From NCBI GenBank assembly GCA_038060895.1, contig JBBTCT010000001.1, forward strand, positions 224,001 through 288,000: a stretch of 64,000 bases of DNA, written 5' to 3'. This document shows positions 39,252 to 48,871 of this stretch, in pieces (positions within the stretch are counted from its first letter, which is position 1; each line of letters begins with the position of its first letter). The position numbers were made by a program, and so were the translations under genes. The notes beneath the pieces were generated by a model. It had not been told where the DNA came from and ran no database searches. It was given only the letters and a program-made list of their open reading frames with translations. This DNA comes from Planctomycetota bacterium. GTDB lineage: Bacteria; Planctomycetota; MHYJ01; WSZJ01.

Positions 39252-39366
39252 AGAACATCTGCGGGCGGGCAGGCGGGCGAACGACCCAGCATTCGTTGCC
39301 GTGCTTGCCCGCTCGCCAGCTTGCCCGCTCGCCCGCAGCCGTTCCCGCCCTCTCGCCCGCGCCGGC
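39236..39366. repeat. Palindrome built from GCGGGC(A/G) tandem units
   Basis: gcgggcgggcaggcgggcga versus gcttgcccgctcgccagcttgcccgctcgcccgc. Confidence 0.7.
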
Positions 39367-39372
39367 TTCGTC

Positions 39373-40623
39373 ATGAGCCGCGTAGCGATCATCGGCTCCG
39401 GCATCGCGGGTCTCGCTTCGGCTTACCTTCTCAGTCGGCGGCACGAGGTCTCGCTGTTCGAGCGCGAACCCCGGCTCGGCGGGCACACGCATACGCAGGA
39501 GGTCGAGGGACCGGAAGGTCCCCTGAAAGTGGACACGGGATTCATCGTCCACAACGAGGCCAACTATCCGCTTCTTTCCCGGATGCTGCGCGAACTCAAC
39601 ATCCCGACCGCCGCGAGCGACATGTCCTTCGGCGTCTCTTCGGGCGCCGGTGGACTGACCTGGTGCTCGCGCGGACTCAATGGCCTCTTCTCCCAGCGCC
39701 GGAACCTCGTCCGCCCCGCGTTCTACTCCCTGCTCCGGGAAATCGGGCGCTTCAACGAAACCGCCCAGCGCCTCCTCGACGAACCCGAAGCCGACGCCTG
39801 GACGCTCGGCACCTGGCTCAACCGGGAACGCTACTCCACCGACTTTCGCGAGCACTACCTCGTCCCGATGGCCGCTTCGGTGTGGAGCACTTCCGCGGGA
39901 GACATGCTGAAGTTTCCCGCGGCGACGCTTGTGCGGTTCTTCCGGAACCACGGGTTCCTCGGTGTGAGGACGCAGCACAAGTGGCGGACGATCCCGGGAG
40001 GGTGCTCGCGGTACATCGACCCGCTCGTGCGGTCGTTCCGGGACCGGGTGCACCTCGGGAAACCCGTCCAGCGCGTGGAGAGGACGGCGGCGGAAGTGAC
40101 GGTCCGGGTGGAAGGAATGCCGGCGATGATGTTCGACGAGCTGGTGTTCGCGTGCCATGGGGACGAAGTGCTGCCGATGCTGGCGGAGCCGTCGCAGATG
40201 GAGCGCGAGGTCTTCAAGGCGTTCACGACGAACCGGAACGATGTTGTGCTTCACACGGACACGTCGGTGATGCCGGCAAAGCGGCGGGCGTGGGCGTCGT
40301 GGAACCACCTGCGGACGGCGGGGGCGGAAGGGCGGCCGGTGGTGACGTACCACATGAACCGGTTGCAGCCGCTGGCGACGAAGACGGACTGGCTGGTGAG
40401 CCTGAACGCCGGGGCGCTCGTGAGGGAGGACCGGGTGGCGAGGAAGATGGTCTACCACCATCCGCTGTTCACGATGGAAGCGATCAAGGCGCAGGGGAGA
40501 TGGCAGGAAGTGAGCGGGAGGAATCGGACGCATTACTGCGGGGCGTACTGGGGGTATGGGTTTCATGAGGACGGGCTGAGGAGTGCTGTGAGGGTGGCGC
40601 AGAGGATGGGGATTGATTGGTAA
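39373..40623 (+). CDS. FAD-dependent oxidoreductase (amine-oxidase fold, UfaD-like)
   Basis: VAIIGSGIAG, RLGGHTHT, VDTGFIVHN, AWASWN, GAYWGYGFHEDG. Confidence 0.92.
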   Translation: MSRVAIIGSGIAGLASAYLLSRRHEVSLFEREPRLGGHTHTQEVEGPEGPLKVDTGFIVHNEANYPLLSRMLRELNIPTAASDMSFGVSSGAGGLTWCSRGLNGLFSQRRNLVRPAFYSLLREIGRFNETAQRLLDEPEADAWTLGTWLNRERYSTDFREHYLVPMAASVWSTSAGDMLKFPAATLVRFFRNHGFLGVRTQHKWRTIPGGCSRYIDPLVRSFRDRVHLGKPVQRVERTAAEVTVRVEGMPAMMFDELVFACHGDEVLPMLAEPSQMEREVFKAFTTNRNDVVLHTDTSVMPAKRRAWASWNHLRTAGAEGRPVVTYHMNRLQPLATKTDWLVSLNAGALVREDRVARKMVYHHPLFTMEAIKAQGRWQEVSGRNRTHYCGAYWGYGFHEDGLRSAVRVAQRMGIDW

Positions 40624-40630
40624 TGCGAAA

Positions 40631-40714
40631 GACAACTCCAACTCCCAACCCCAACCCCAACCCCAACTCCAAAACGACGCCGTTTTGGGGTTGGGGTTGG
40701 GATTTGGAGTTGTC
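40631..40714. repeat. Palindrome of (CCCCAA)n / (TTGGGG)n
   Basis: gacaactccaactcccaaccccaaccccaa...ttggggttggggttgggatttggagttgtc. Confidence 0.9.
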
Positions 40715-40732
40715 GTCAAAGGCCGCTCGCTG

Positions 40733-41497
40733 ATGGACTCCGCCCTCTACGTCGGCACATTGGAACACCGCCGCTTCCGCCCGCGCCGCCACGTCTTCAC
40801 CTACGACGTCGGGATGGCCTTCCTCGACATCGACCGCCTCCCCGAACTCTGCTCGATCTCGCGCTGGCTTTCGTACGACCGCTGGAACTGGGCGTCGTTC
40901 GACAACCGCGACCACCTCGGCGATCCGAAACGGCCGCTTCGCGAACGTCTCGCCGCCGACGCCGCGGCCGCCGGAATCGGCCTCCCCGACGGCCCGATCT
41001 TCCTCCTCACCAACCTCCGGTACCTCGGCTACTGCTTCAATCCCGTCTCGTACTACTACTGCCACGACCGCGCGGGCGAACTCCAGACAATCCTCGCCGA
41101 GGTGCACAACACGTGGAAAGAGCTCCACACGTACTGGATGCCCCCCGCCCTCGCCGAACCGGGCCGCTCGTTCTCCTGGCGCTTCCCCAAGAAGTTCCAC
41201 GTTTCCCCGTTCGCCTCCATGGACTGCGATTACCGCTTTTCGTTCGGCCGCCCCGCCGACCGGCTGGGCGTCCACGTCTCGATGTGGGAGAGGGGCGACT
41301 TCTTCTTCGACGCCACGATGCGCCTCGAGCGGCGCGCGTGGTCGCACACCGAGCTCGTGTCTTTCCTCACCCGGTTCCCGTGGCACACTGCCAAGGTCAT
41401 TTCCGCGATCCATTGGGAGGCTTTCAGGCTGTGGTTGAAGCGCGTCCCCGTCTTCACGCACCCGAAGAAGCTCGCCGCGCGCCCGCCGGTTTCGTAG
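40733..41497 (+). CDS. DUF1365 protein (UfaO-like)
   Basis: HRRFRP, LRYLGYCFNPVSYYYC, AEVHNTW, KKFHVSPF, IHWEAFRLWLK. Confidence 0.92.
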   Translation: MDSALYVGTLEHRRFRPRRHVFTYDVGMAFLDIDRLPELCSISRWLSYDRWNWASFDNRDHLGDPKRPLRERLAADAAAAGIGLPDGPIFLLTNLRYLGYCFNPVSYYYCHDRAGELQTILAEVHNTWKELHTYWMPPALAEPGRSFSWRFPKKFHVSPFASMDCDYRFSFGRPADRLGVHVSMWERGDFFFDATMRLERRAWSHTELVSFLTRFPWHTAKVISAIHWEAFRLWLKRVPVFTHPKKLAARPPVS

Positions 41498-42696
41498 GGC
41501 GGCTCGCGAAGCGGGCACTGGTCAAGGTCCTTGCGGGAATCCGCGAGGGGCGCCTGACTGTCGGTGAAACCGGAGCGTTCGGTCCTGGTGGCGGCCTCGA
41601 GGGCCAGGTCGAGGTGCACGACGAGAGGTTGTGGAAGCGGGCGTTGTTCGGCGGAGACGTCGGGCTCGGCGAGGCGTACGTGGACGGGATGTGGTCGTCG
41701 CCGGACCTGGTGTCGGTGATCCGCGTCGCGATCCGCAACATGGATGTCTTCGACGCGGCGGGCGGGGTGTTCGCGCGAATCGCGGCGTTCTTCAACCGCA
41801 AGCGGCACTCGGCGCGCGACAACTCGATCGAAGGGAGCCGGCGGAACATCGCGGACCACTACGACCTGGGAAACGAGTTCTACCGGCTGTTCCTCGACGA
41901 CTCGCTCTCGTATTCCTGCGCGTTTTACGAGAAGCCCGACGAGCCGCTCGGGCGCGCGCAAGTCGCGAAGTACGAGCGGATCTGCCGAAAGCTCCGGCTC
42001 GGGCCGGAAGTTCGCCTGCTCGAGATCGGGACGGGCTGGGGCGGGTTCGCGGCGCACGCCGCGCTGAAGTACGGGTGTCGTATCACGACGACGACGATCT
42101 CGCGCAAGCAGTACGAGTTCTCGCGGGAGCTGTTCGCGCGGCTCGGGCTGGGCGACCGCGTCACGCTGCTCTGCGAGGACTACCGCAAACTCAGCGGGTG
42201 CTTCGACAAGGCCGTGTCGATCGAGATGTTCGAAGCCGTCGGCCTCGAGCACTACGACGACTACTTCGGCGCGCTCCAGCGGCTGCTCGGCCCGCGCGGC
42301 GTCGCGCTCATCCAGACCATCACCATGAACGAGCGGAGATTCGAGGCGTACCGGCGGCGGCCGGATTTCATCCAGAAGCACGTCTTCCCCGGCGCCGAGC
42401 TGGCGTCGGTCTCGGAAATCCAGAAATCGCTCGGCCGCGTGACGACGATGTCGCTCGTCCACCTGGAAGACATCGGGATCCACTACGCACGAACGCTTCG
42501 GGAGTGGCGCGAACGGTTCCTCGAACGCCTCGACCAGGTTCGCGCACTCGGGTTCGACGAGCGTTTCATCCGCAAGTGGGAGTACTACCTTGCGTACTGC
42601 GAAGCGGGCTTTGCGGAGCGGTACATCGGGGACGCGCAGATGCTGCTGACGAAGGTTTCGAACGAGGGTGGTGTCGGAGAGGAGCCCTGGGCATGA
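41431..42696 (+). CDS. Cyclopropane-fatty-acyl-phospholipid synthase family SAM methyltransferase (UfaM/Cfa-like); start uncertain
   Basis: GLGEAYVDG, HYDLGNEFY, YSCA, LEIGTGWGG, SIEMFEAVG, WEYYLAYCEAGF; GTG after GGGAGG. Confidence 0.92.
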   Translation: MVEARPRLHAPEEARRAPAGFVGRLAKRALVKVLAGIREGRLTVGETGAFGPGGGLEGQVEVHDERLWKRALFGGDVGLGEAYVDGMWSSPDLVSVIRVAIRNMDVFDAAGGVFARIAAFFNRKRHSARDNSIEGSRRNIADHYDLGNEFYRLFLDDSLSYSCAFYEKPDEPLGRAQVAKYERICRKLRLGPEVRLLEIGTGWGGFAAHAALKYGCRITTTTISRKQYEFSRELFARLGLGDRVTLLCEDYRKLSGCFDKAVSIEMFEAVGLEHYDDYFGALQRLLGPRGVALIQTITMNERRFEAYRRRPDFIQKHVFPGAELASVSEIQKSLGRVTTMSLVHLEDIGIHYARTLREWRERFLERLDQVRALGFDERFIRKWEYYLAYCEAGFAERYIGDAQMLLTKVSNEGGVGEEPWA

Positions 42697-43478
42697 CACT
42701 GACCCTCGTCCTCCTGGTCGGCGCCGCAATCACCCTCGGGCTGATGTTTCTCCTCTGGCTGCTCCAGGCAAAGACCACCAACGCCGGCTGGGGGGACGTC
42801 GGCTGGGCCTTCTCGTTCGCGCTCACCACCGGCTGGTACTGCTGGTCTTCCAGCGGCGACCTTCACCGCCGCTTCGCCGTTACCGCGCTCGCCGCCCTCT
42901 GGTCCGCACGGCTCGGCCTCTACCTGGCCGTCCGCCTCCTGGGCGACCACGAGGAAGACGGCCGCTACCGGTTCTACCGCGGCTCGTGGGGCACGAACAT
43001 CCAGGCGAAGTTCCTCGCGTTCTTCCTCGCCCAGGGCGCGTTCGAATTCGTTTTCTCACTCCCCTTCCTCGCCGTTGCGCGCAACGCGGCCGCCTTCCCG
43101 CAACCTCTCGAATTCGCCACGATCGCGCTTCTCGTCGTCGCCGTCATGGGCGAGGGCATCGCCGACGCGCAACTGCGCGCCTGGAAAGGTAACCCGTTGA
43201 ACAAGGGGAAGACCTGCCGCGCCGGCCTCTGGTCCCTCTCCCGACACCCCAACTACTTCTTCCAGTGGCTTTCGTGGGTCGGCTGGGCCTGCGCCGCCTC
43301 CGCTGCCGGCGGCACGGGCTGGCTCGGGTGGCTGGCCCCGGCCGGGATGCTCTTCCTCCTCCTCAAGGTCAGCGGCATCCCGCCGACGGAAGCGCAGTCG
43401 GTTCGTTCGCGCGGCGACGATTACCGGAAGTACCAGCGCGAGGTCAGCGCATTCTTCCCGTGGTTCGCGAAGTCATGA
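42693..43478 (+). CDS. DUF1295 (steroid 5-alpha-reductase-like) membrane protein
   Basis: EDGRY, GEGIADAQL, GLWSLSRHPNYF, YRKYQ..VSAFFPW. Confidence 0.9.
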   Translation: MTLTLVLLVGAAITLGLMFLLWLLQAKTTNAGWGDVGWAFSFALTTGWYCWSSSGDLHRRFAVTALAALWSARLGLYLAVRLLGDHEEDGRYRFYRGSWGTNIQAKFLAFFLAQGAFEFVFSLPFLAVARNAAAFPQPLEFATIALLVVAVMGEGIADAQLRAWKGNPLNKGKTCRAGLWSLSRHPNYFFQWLSWVGWACAASAAGGTGWLGWLAPAGMLFLLLKVSGIPPTEAQSVRSRGDDYRKYQREVSAFFPWFAKS

Positions 43479-44479
43479 CGGAAGCGCCGTTCTCGATGAA
43501 GCTCGTCGCTGCCGGGCTGATCCCCGACGCAGTCGTCCGCTGGAAGATTCGCGGCCTGCTCGCAGTGCGGCTGCGCGAAGAGAGCGCCCGCAATCCCGCC
43601 GAGCTCGTGAAGCAGCTCGACGCTTCGCCGATTGCCGTCAACACGACGGACGCGAACGAGCAGCACTACGAGGTGCCGCCGCGGTTCTTCGAACTGGTGC
43701 TGGGGAAGCGACTGAAGTATTCGAGTGCGCTCTTCGAGGGCGCCGCCGGCCTCGACGAGGCGGAGGAGCGGATGCTCGCGCTGTACGTCGAGCGCGCCCA
43801 GCTTGCCGACGGCCAGCGCATCCTCGACATGGGCTGCGGCTGGGGTTCGCTCTCGGTCTATCTCGCGGAGCGCTTCCCGAACGCCCGGATCCTCGGCGTG
43901 TCGAACTCCCGCGACCAGAAGGAGTTCATCGACAGTCGCGGCCACGCGAACCTCGAAATCCGAACCGTGGACATGAACGCGTTCGACCCCGGGGAGAAGT
44001 TCGACCGCATCGTGTCGATCGAGATGCTCGAGCACATGCGCAACTACCGGAAGCTCTTCGCGCGCATCGCGTCGTGGATGGAACCGGACGCGCGGTTTTT
44101 CGTGCACGTGTTCACGCATCGCGAGTTCGCGTACCCGTTCGAAGTGCGCGACGAGACCGACTGGATGGCGAAGTTCTTTTTCACGGGCGGGATGATGCCG
44201 TCGCACGGTCTGCTGCCGTCGTTCCAGGACGACCTCGCCTGCGCGCAGGACTGGAAGATTAATGGACTTAACTATTCCCGCACCGCGGAAGCCTGGCTCG
44301 CCAACCAGGACCGCCACCGCGACGACATCCTGGAGCTCTTCCGCAAGCCGTACGGCGCCGGCGCGCCGCTCCGCTTCGCCATGTGGCGCGTCTTCTTCAT
44401 GTCCTGCGCCGAGCTCTGGGGATACCGGGGCGGCGAAGAGTGGGGCGTGTCGCACTACCTGTTCCGCCGGGCGACCTAG
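43475..44479 (+). CDS. Second Cfa-family SAM methyltransferase (coclaurine N-methyltransferase-like)
   Basis: ANEQHYEVP, LKYSS, LDMGCGWGS, SIEMLEHMRNY, FFTGGMMPS, WRVFFMSCAELWG. Confidence 0.92.
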   Translation: MTEAPFSMKLVAAGLIPDAVVRWKIRGLLAVRLREESARNPAELVKQLDASPIAVNTTDANEQHYEVPPRFFELVLGKRLKYSSALFEGAAGLDEAEERMLALYVERAQLADGQRILDMGCGWGSLSVYLAERFPNARILGVSNSRDQKEFIDSRGHANLEIRTVDMNAFDPGEKFDRIVSIEMLEHMRNYRKLFARIASWMEPDARFFVHVFTHREFAYPFEVRDETDWMAKFFFTGGMMPSHGLLPSFQDDLACAQDWKINGLNYSRTAEAWLANQDRHRDDILELFRKPYGAGAPLRFAMWRVFFMSCAELWGYRGGEEWGVSHYLFRRAT

Positions 44480-47385
44480 GCCGGCGGAAGTTCGGATCGC
44501 GCCGGCATGCAAAGGCGGAAACCGTGCTGGCGGAAGGTCGTGCCGGGCTCGGCGGACCACACGCGCGCGACCTGGGACGTGTACCAGGACCCGATCCAGA
44601 ACCCGCCGCGCAGGCAGAATTCGTGGTGCAGTTCCCCCTCGGTGGCAGTCCAGCACCACGTCAGGATGTTCCCGGCGAGGTCCATCCCGCCGTAGGGCGA
44701 GCAATCGACCGGATAGGACCCGACGGGCATGAGGTGCGCCCGGTCGCGGTGCGTGGCGTTCGTGTTCGAGAAGGTCGCGTCGAACGAATCGCCCCACGGG
44801 TAAATGCGGGCATCGACGCCGCGCGCCGCCTTCTCGAATTCGAAATCGGTCGGGAGGCGGAAGAGCCGGCCGTCCCGGTCGGAGCGCCACGCGGCGTACG
44901 CGACGGCGTCGCCCCACGAAACGCCGCCGACGGGCAGGTCGGGGCGCGTGTGGTACGCGTCGGGCGCGTCGGCGGGCTGCAGCTCAAAGCGCCCTTCCCG
45001 TTCGACCACGAGCGGCAGCTCGCGCTCGCGAGGCCGCCGCTTCCGCGCTTCGTCAATCCGCCCGGTCCCGGCGAGCACGTTCAGGTAGTCGACATATTCC
45101 CCGGCCGTGACCGGATACTTCGCGATGAAGAAATCCTCGGCGTGGCCCCGCCTCTCGGGACGGGGAGCGCCGCCGCGTCGCCCGCCGAGAGTGAACGGGC
45201 CAGCGGTGACGTAGACGAATCCCTCGGGGATCTCCTCCGGCCGGTAGAGCGCGACCTGCTGCTCCCAGCGACCTTCGCGCGCGAGGAGCACGGGCACAAT
45301 CGCCGTGGCGTAAACCGGATGCCGGACCTCGAGTCGCCACGAGCCGGCGGGAAGCGGAGCGTCCGCGAGAGGCGTGACGCCGATCCGGCGGGACTCGCGC
45401 AGCACGAGCCGGCGGTCCTCCTCTTCGTATTTCGCCGCCCAGACCTCGGCCCCGGCGACGTCGGTCGTGGGACAACGGTCCCCGTGGCCAAAACTCGCGC
45501 CCCGCGGCTCCAGGCGCATCACCGGGGAAGGCCGCTCGTCCGCGGTCGCAGCTTCCCCGTACTCGGGACGCCCCTCGCGCCACGGAACCTTCGGCTTCTC
45601 CCCCGGCCGCGAATGCCACGCTCCCGGCGCCGGGCGCAGACACCGGCACTCCCTCGCGAAAGCCCGGATCGTTACACGCCCCGGCGCCGCCAGCCTCGCC
45701 GCGTGGCGCCCGCCCCGGTCATGCCGCTCCAGCGACTGGCGCTGCAGAAGCGCCTCATCCGCATCCCGCGCCGCCTCGGCTTCCACGAGCCGGTCGTACG
45801 CCAGTTCGCACGCGCCTTCGGCAGCCGCTTCGCTGAAAGGATCGTCGCGAAGCGCGGTATCGAACGACGCGCCGGCGCGTGAGAACGCGCGGATGCGCTC
45901 CTCGCGAAGCCGCCGGTGCGCGTCCTCCGCGTCCCAGATCCGGCGTTTGCGGTCGAGCGGCTCCCAGGGCCGCGTCTCCTCCATCAACCGCTCGACCTTC
46001 GCCTGCGCCTCGCGCGCCTCGACGCCAAGCTCGCGCCAGCGGCGGTGGTGCTCGCGCCCCTCATCCACGCGCTTCGCCGCTTCCCTGCGCAGGCGGTCGC
46101 GCTCGGCGACGCCGTCGAGGAAGCGCTGGACGTCGGCGTGGAGGTCGAGGACGGCGGGGTACCGGTCTTCGCGGCGGAGCGAGAGAGCGCGGAGGCAGAC
46201 GGCCTCCAGGTCGGGGGGCACGGGATCCGCGTCGCGGAACGTGCGTGCGGTGGTCGCGCGAATCGCGCGCGGCGGCGTGATGCGCCCCTCGCGGGCGCGC
46301 GTCAGGACTTCTTCAACCGTCTTGCCGTCGACCGGCGGACGCAGAGTGAGGATCTCGTAGAGAATCGCGCCGAGCGCGTAGACGTCGGTGCGCTCGTCGA
46401 CCACGTCGTTGCGGCCGGAGGCCTGTTCCGGAGACATGTAAGCAGGGGTCCCGATGAGCGCGCCGTCGATCGTGAGCCCGACTTCCTCGGGCGCCGCGAC
46501 GCCGGCGACCGCCTCTTGTTCCGGCTCCCCCTTGACTCTCGCGAGTCCCCAGTCCACCACGTACACCTCGCCGAAGTCCCCGACCATCACGTTCGACGGT
46601 TTCAGATCGCGGTGCAGCACGCCCCTCGAATGGGCGAACGCAATCCCCAGGCACGCGCTCTGGAAGGCCCCCAGCAGCCGAGTGCGCGGCCACGCTGCCC
46701 TCGCCTCCTCCTTCCCCGCCGCGAGATCCTCGAGAATCGCCTTCATGTCCCGACCCCGCACCCGCTTCATCGCCAGGAACGGCCGCTTCTCGCCCTTGGC
46801 GCCCACCATCGTCCCGAAATCGTGCACCGGCACGATCTGAGGATGCTCCAGCCGCGCCGTGACCATCGCTTCGCGCACAAACCTCTCCGTCAACGCCGGC
46901 GAAAGGTCGTCGATCACGATCTTGACCGCGACCTCGCGCCCGAGCCTCCGGTCCTCCGCCAGCACGACCCGCCCGATGCCCCCGCGGCCTATTTCGGCGC
47001 CGAGGCGGTAACGCGAAGCGTCGGCAGCTGTGGAGTCTGGGAGGACGGACGGGCGGACGGGGGTTCTCCCTGCGGCCGCGAGCGTCTGGGCCACGACGTC
47101 GCCGACGACTGTGCCCTGCAGCGACTCGCTCGCCACGGCGTCGGCCGCCGCCGCCGCCAGCGAAGCGGCCTCATCCCCCCCGTGCCGGCGGATCCTCGCA
47201 TCGAGCAACGCCTTCACCGCGCCCCGCTCCGCTTCCCGAAGCGCCTTGCGCTCCACCAGCATCGCGCCGATGTCCGCTCCCGGCCGCTCGATCGCTTCCG
47301 GCACGCACGCGATGAGATCCTCGCGCGACACGAGGTCCATCTGGAGCGCGAGGAGGGCGAAGAGAAGGTTGGCGTCGCGGGTCAA
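44476..47385 (-). CDS. Ser/Thr protein kinase fused to a C-terminal FGE-sulfatase (SUMF1) domain
   Basis: GRGGIG, VAVK, HRDLKPSN, DWGLA, GTPAYMSPEQ; C-terminal KYPVT, RLPTDFEFEKAARG, YPWG, DLAGN, GFR. Confidence 0.92.
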   Translation of the reverse strand: MTRDANLLFALLALQMDLVSREDLIACVPEAIERPGADIGAMLVERKALREAERGAVKALLDARIRRHGGDEAASLAAAAADAVASESLQGTVVGDVVAQTLAAAGRTPVRPSVLPDSTAADASRYRLGAEIGRGGIGRVVLAEDRRLGREVAVKIVIDDLSPALTERFVREAMVTARLEHPQIVPVHDFGTMVGAKGEKRPFLAMKRVRGRDMKAILEDLAAGKEEARAAWPRTRLLGAFQSACLGIAFAHSRGVLHRDLKPSNVMVGDFGEVYVVDWGLARVKGEPEQEAVAGVAAPEEVGLTIDGALIGTPAYMSPEQASGRNDVVDERTDVYALGAILYEILTLRPPVDGKTVEEVLTRAREGRITPPRAIRATTARTFRDADPVPPDLEAVCLRALSLRREDRYPAVLDLHADVQRFLDGVAERDRLRREAAKRVDEGREHHRRWRELGVEAREAQAKVERLMEETRPWEPLDRKRRIWDAEDAHRRLREERIRAFSRAGASFDTALRDDPFSEAAAEGACELAYDRLVEAEAARDADEALLQRQSLERHDRGGRHAARLAAPGRVTIRAFARECRCLRPAPGAWHSRPGEKPKVPWREGRPEYGEAATADERPSPVMRLEPRGASFGHGDRCPTTDVAGAEVWAAKYEEEDRRLVLRESRRIGVTPLADAPLPAGSWRLEVRHPVYATAIVPVLLAREGRWEQQVALYRPEEIPEGFVYVTAGPFTLGGRRGGAPRPERRGHAEDFFIAKYPVTAGEYVDYLNVLAGTGRIDEARKRRPRERELPLVVEREGRFELQPADAPDAYHTRPDLPVGGVSWGDAVAYAAWRSDRDGRLFRLPTDFEFEKAARGVDARIYPWGDSFDATFSNTNATHRDRAHLMPVGSYPVDCSPYGGMDLAGNILTWCWTATEGELHHEFCLRGGFWIGSWYTSQVARVWSAEPGTTFRQHGFRLCMPARSELPPA

Positions 47386-47609
47386 GGGCGGGCGCGCCGC
47401 GCATGGGCGCGGGCGACGTCCTCGATCACGCGGCTGGCGCCCGCCGAGTGCCCGATCGCGGCGAACGCGTGCGCAGCGGCCCGGGGAACGTTGCCTTTGC
47501 GGAAGTGGCCCGCGGCGGTGTGGGCGTGGAGTGCGGCGGCCTCGAGTTCGCGGGCGATGTCATCGAGGCGGGCAGCGGCTTTCAGATGCGCACGCGAGGC
47601 CTTCATCAA
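47382..47609 (-). CDS. Small Ala/His-rich helical hypothetical protein
   Basis: GAGGAG RBS upstream; coupled to the kinase by a TTGA overlap. Confidence 0.65.
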   Translation of the reverse strand: MMKASRAHLKAAARLDDIARELEAAALHAHTAAGHFRKGNVPRAAAHAFAAIGHSAGASRVIEDVARAHARRARP

Positions 47610-47625
47610 GGTGCTCCTCTCGAGT

Positions 47626-48780
47626 CTACTTCTTCGAAAGATACCGCCTCACCGACCCGCTCCCCTCATCTTCATTGATCACCGCCACCACCAGATCGTC
47701 CTTCTTGTCCAGGTCGTAGTCCCCTGCCGCCGCGCTGTACCGGTGAAAGTTCCCCTTTCCCGTGAACTCGCAGTTCTGCGTAAACACGCCCTTGCCGTCA
47801 TTCAGCTGAATCGTCACCGACCAGGTCGCGCCTGCCGCGACGACGCACGCGCCGCACGCGAGATCGATGTTCTTGTCGCCGTTGAAGTCGCCCACGACGG
47901 CAAACTTCGCCTTCTTCGACGTCACGATGTCCGTGAGCTTCGTGAAGCCGCCCTTGCCGTCGCCTTTCATCACGCGCACGAAGTTCTGCTCTTCGCAGCA
48001 GACCGCGAGGTCGAGGACCTTGTCGCCATCGAGATCCGCGATCCCCATCCCGTTGGGTTTGAGATTCGCCCCACCCTCGTCGAGCTTCACTTTCAGCGCT
48101 TCCTTCGCAAACAGGCCGTTTCCCGCTCCCGGGTAAACCAGCAGGACGCTTCCCTTCTGGTCGCTCGTGATGACGTCGGCCTTCTTGTCGCCGGTCACAT
48201 CCCCCGCGACCACGGCGCCGCACTCTGGGATATTGAGCGAGAACGATTCCTTGAGCGTCGGCCCCAGGAAAACCTTGAGACGCCCCGGCGTCTTGTCCAC
48301 GACCGGGTCCGGCCAGCCGACGACGATGAAGTCGGGCCTGCGGTCGCCGTTCATGTCGTGAAACCACCCTGCGATGGGCCAGCCGACGCCAAGATCCGTC
48401 TCCTGGCCCTCCTGCAGCTTCCCCTTCGATCCCTTGTAAACCGAGAGCTTGGTCGAGTTGTTGTCCATCTGCGCAAAGTCCCGGAGGCCGTCGCCGTCCA
48501 CATCCGCCGCCATCCCCCAGTTCGGGCCCATCCGCGTTCCAAGCATCTTGTTGTAGTCGCCCTTCAGTCCGCCCTTCGCATCCGTCAGGAAAATGTTGAT
48601 CCCCGACGGCCGGATCTGGTCCACGACCACGTCCGGCTTCCCGTCCTGGTTCACGTCGATGATCCCGATCCCGTGCGGCGCCCCCTGCTCGGTGTCGGCC
48701 TGCGGCGCTTCCTTGAGGACGGCGTCCTCGGCGCAGGCGAAGGCAGCGGCGAAAATGAGTGCGGCGAGCGTGCGAGGCAT
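47626..48780 (-). CDS. Secreted FG-GAP/VCBS repeat (beta-propeller) protein
   Basis: Signal peptide; seven DxNxDGxxD loops. Confidence 0.88.
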   Translation of the reverse strand: MPRTLAALIFAAAFACAEDAVLKEAPQADTEQGAPHGIGIIDVNQDGKPDVVVDQIRPSGINIFLTDAKGGLKGDYNKMLGTRMGPNWGMAADVDGDGLRDFAQMDNNSTKLSVYKGSKGKLQEGQETDLGVGWPIAGWFHDMNGDRRPDFIVVGWPDPVVDKTPGRLKVFLGPTLKESFSLNIPECGAVVAGDVTGDKKADVITSDQKGSVLLVYPGAGNGLFAKEALKVKLDEGGANLKPNGMGIADLDGDKVLDLAVCCEEQNFVRVMKGDGKGGFTKLTDIVTSKKAKFAVVGDFNGDKNIDLACGACVVAAGATWSVTIQLNDGKGVFTQNCEFTGKGNFHRYSAAAGDYDLDKKDDLVVAVINEDEGSGSVRRYLSKK

Positions 48781-48871
48781 GAAGCGGCTCCGATGGTCCC
48801 CCCGGGACAGGTCGTGGAATGATAACGCGGAAAGGGGGAGGACCCTTCCCGGTCGCGGAAACCAGCGGCGA

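Noticed and set aside
40631-40714. Eukaryotic telomere contamination or CRISPR array
   Set aside because: Short, palindromic and embedded in a coherent bacterial operon; no repeat-spacer periodicity and no cas genes in the window
41113-41497. Apparent long overlaps or frameshift fusions in the lipid operon (ORFs 41113, 41631, 43265)
   Set aside because: Upstream in-frame extensions only; plausible starts at 41431, 42693 and 43475 give ordinary coupled genes
45916-48822. 968-aa plus-strand ORF and similar long ORFs (2053-4230, 49748-51898, 56027-57937, 61653-63512)
   Set aside because: Opposite well-supported genes; Arg/Pro/Ala-rich non-protein-like composition
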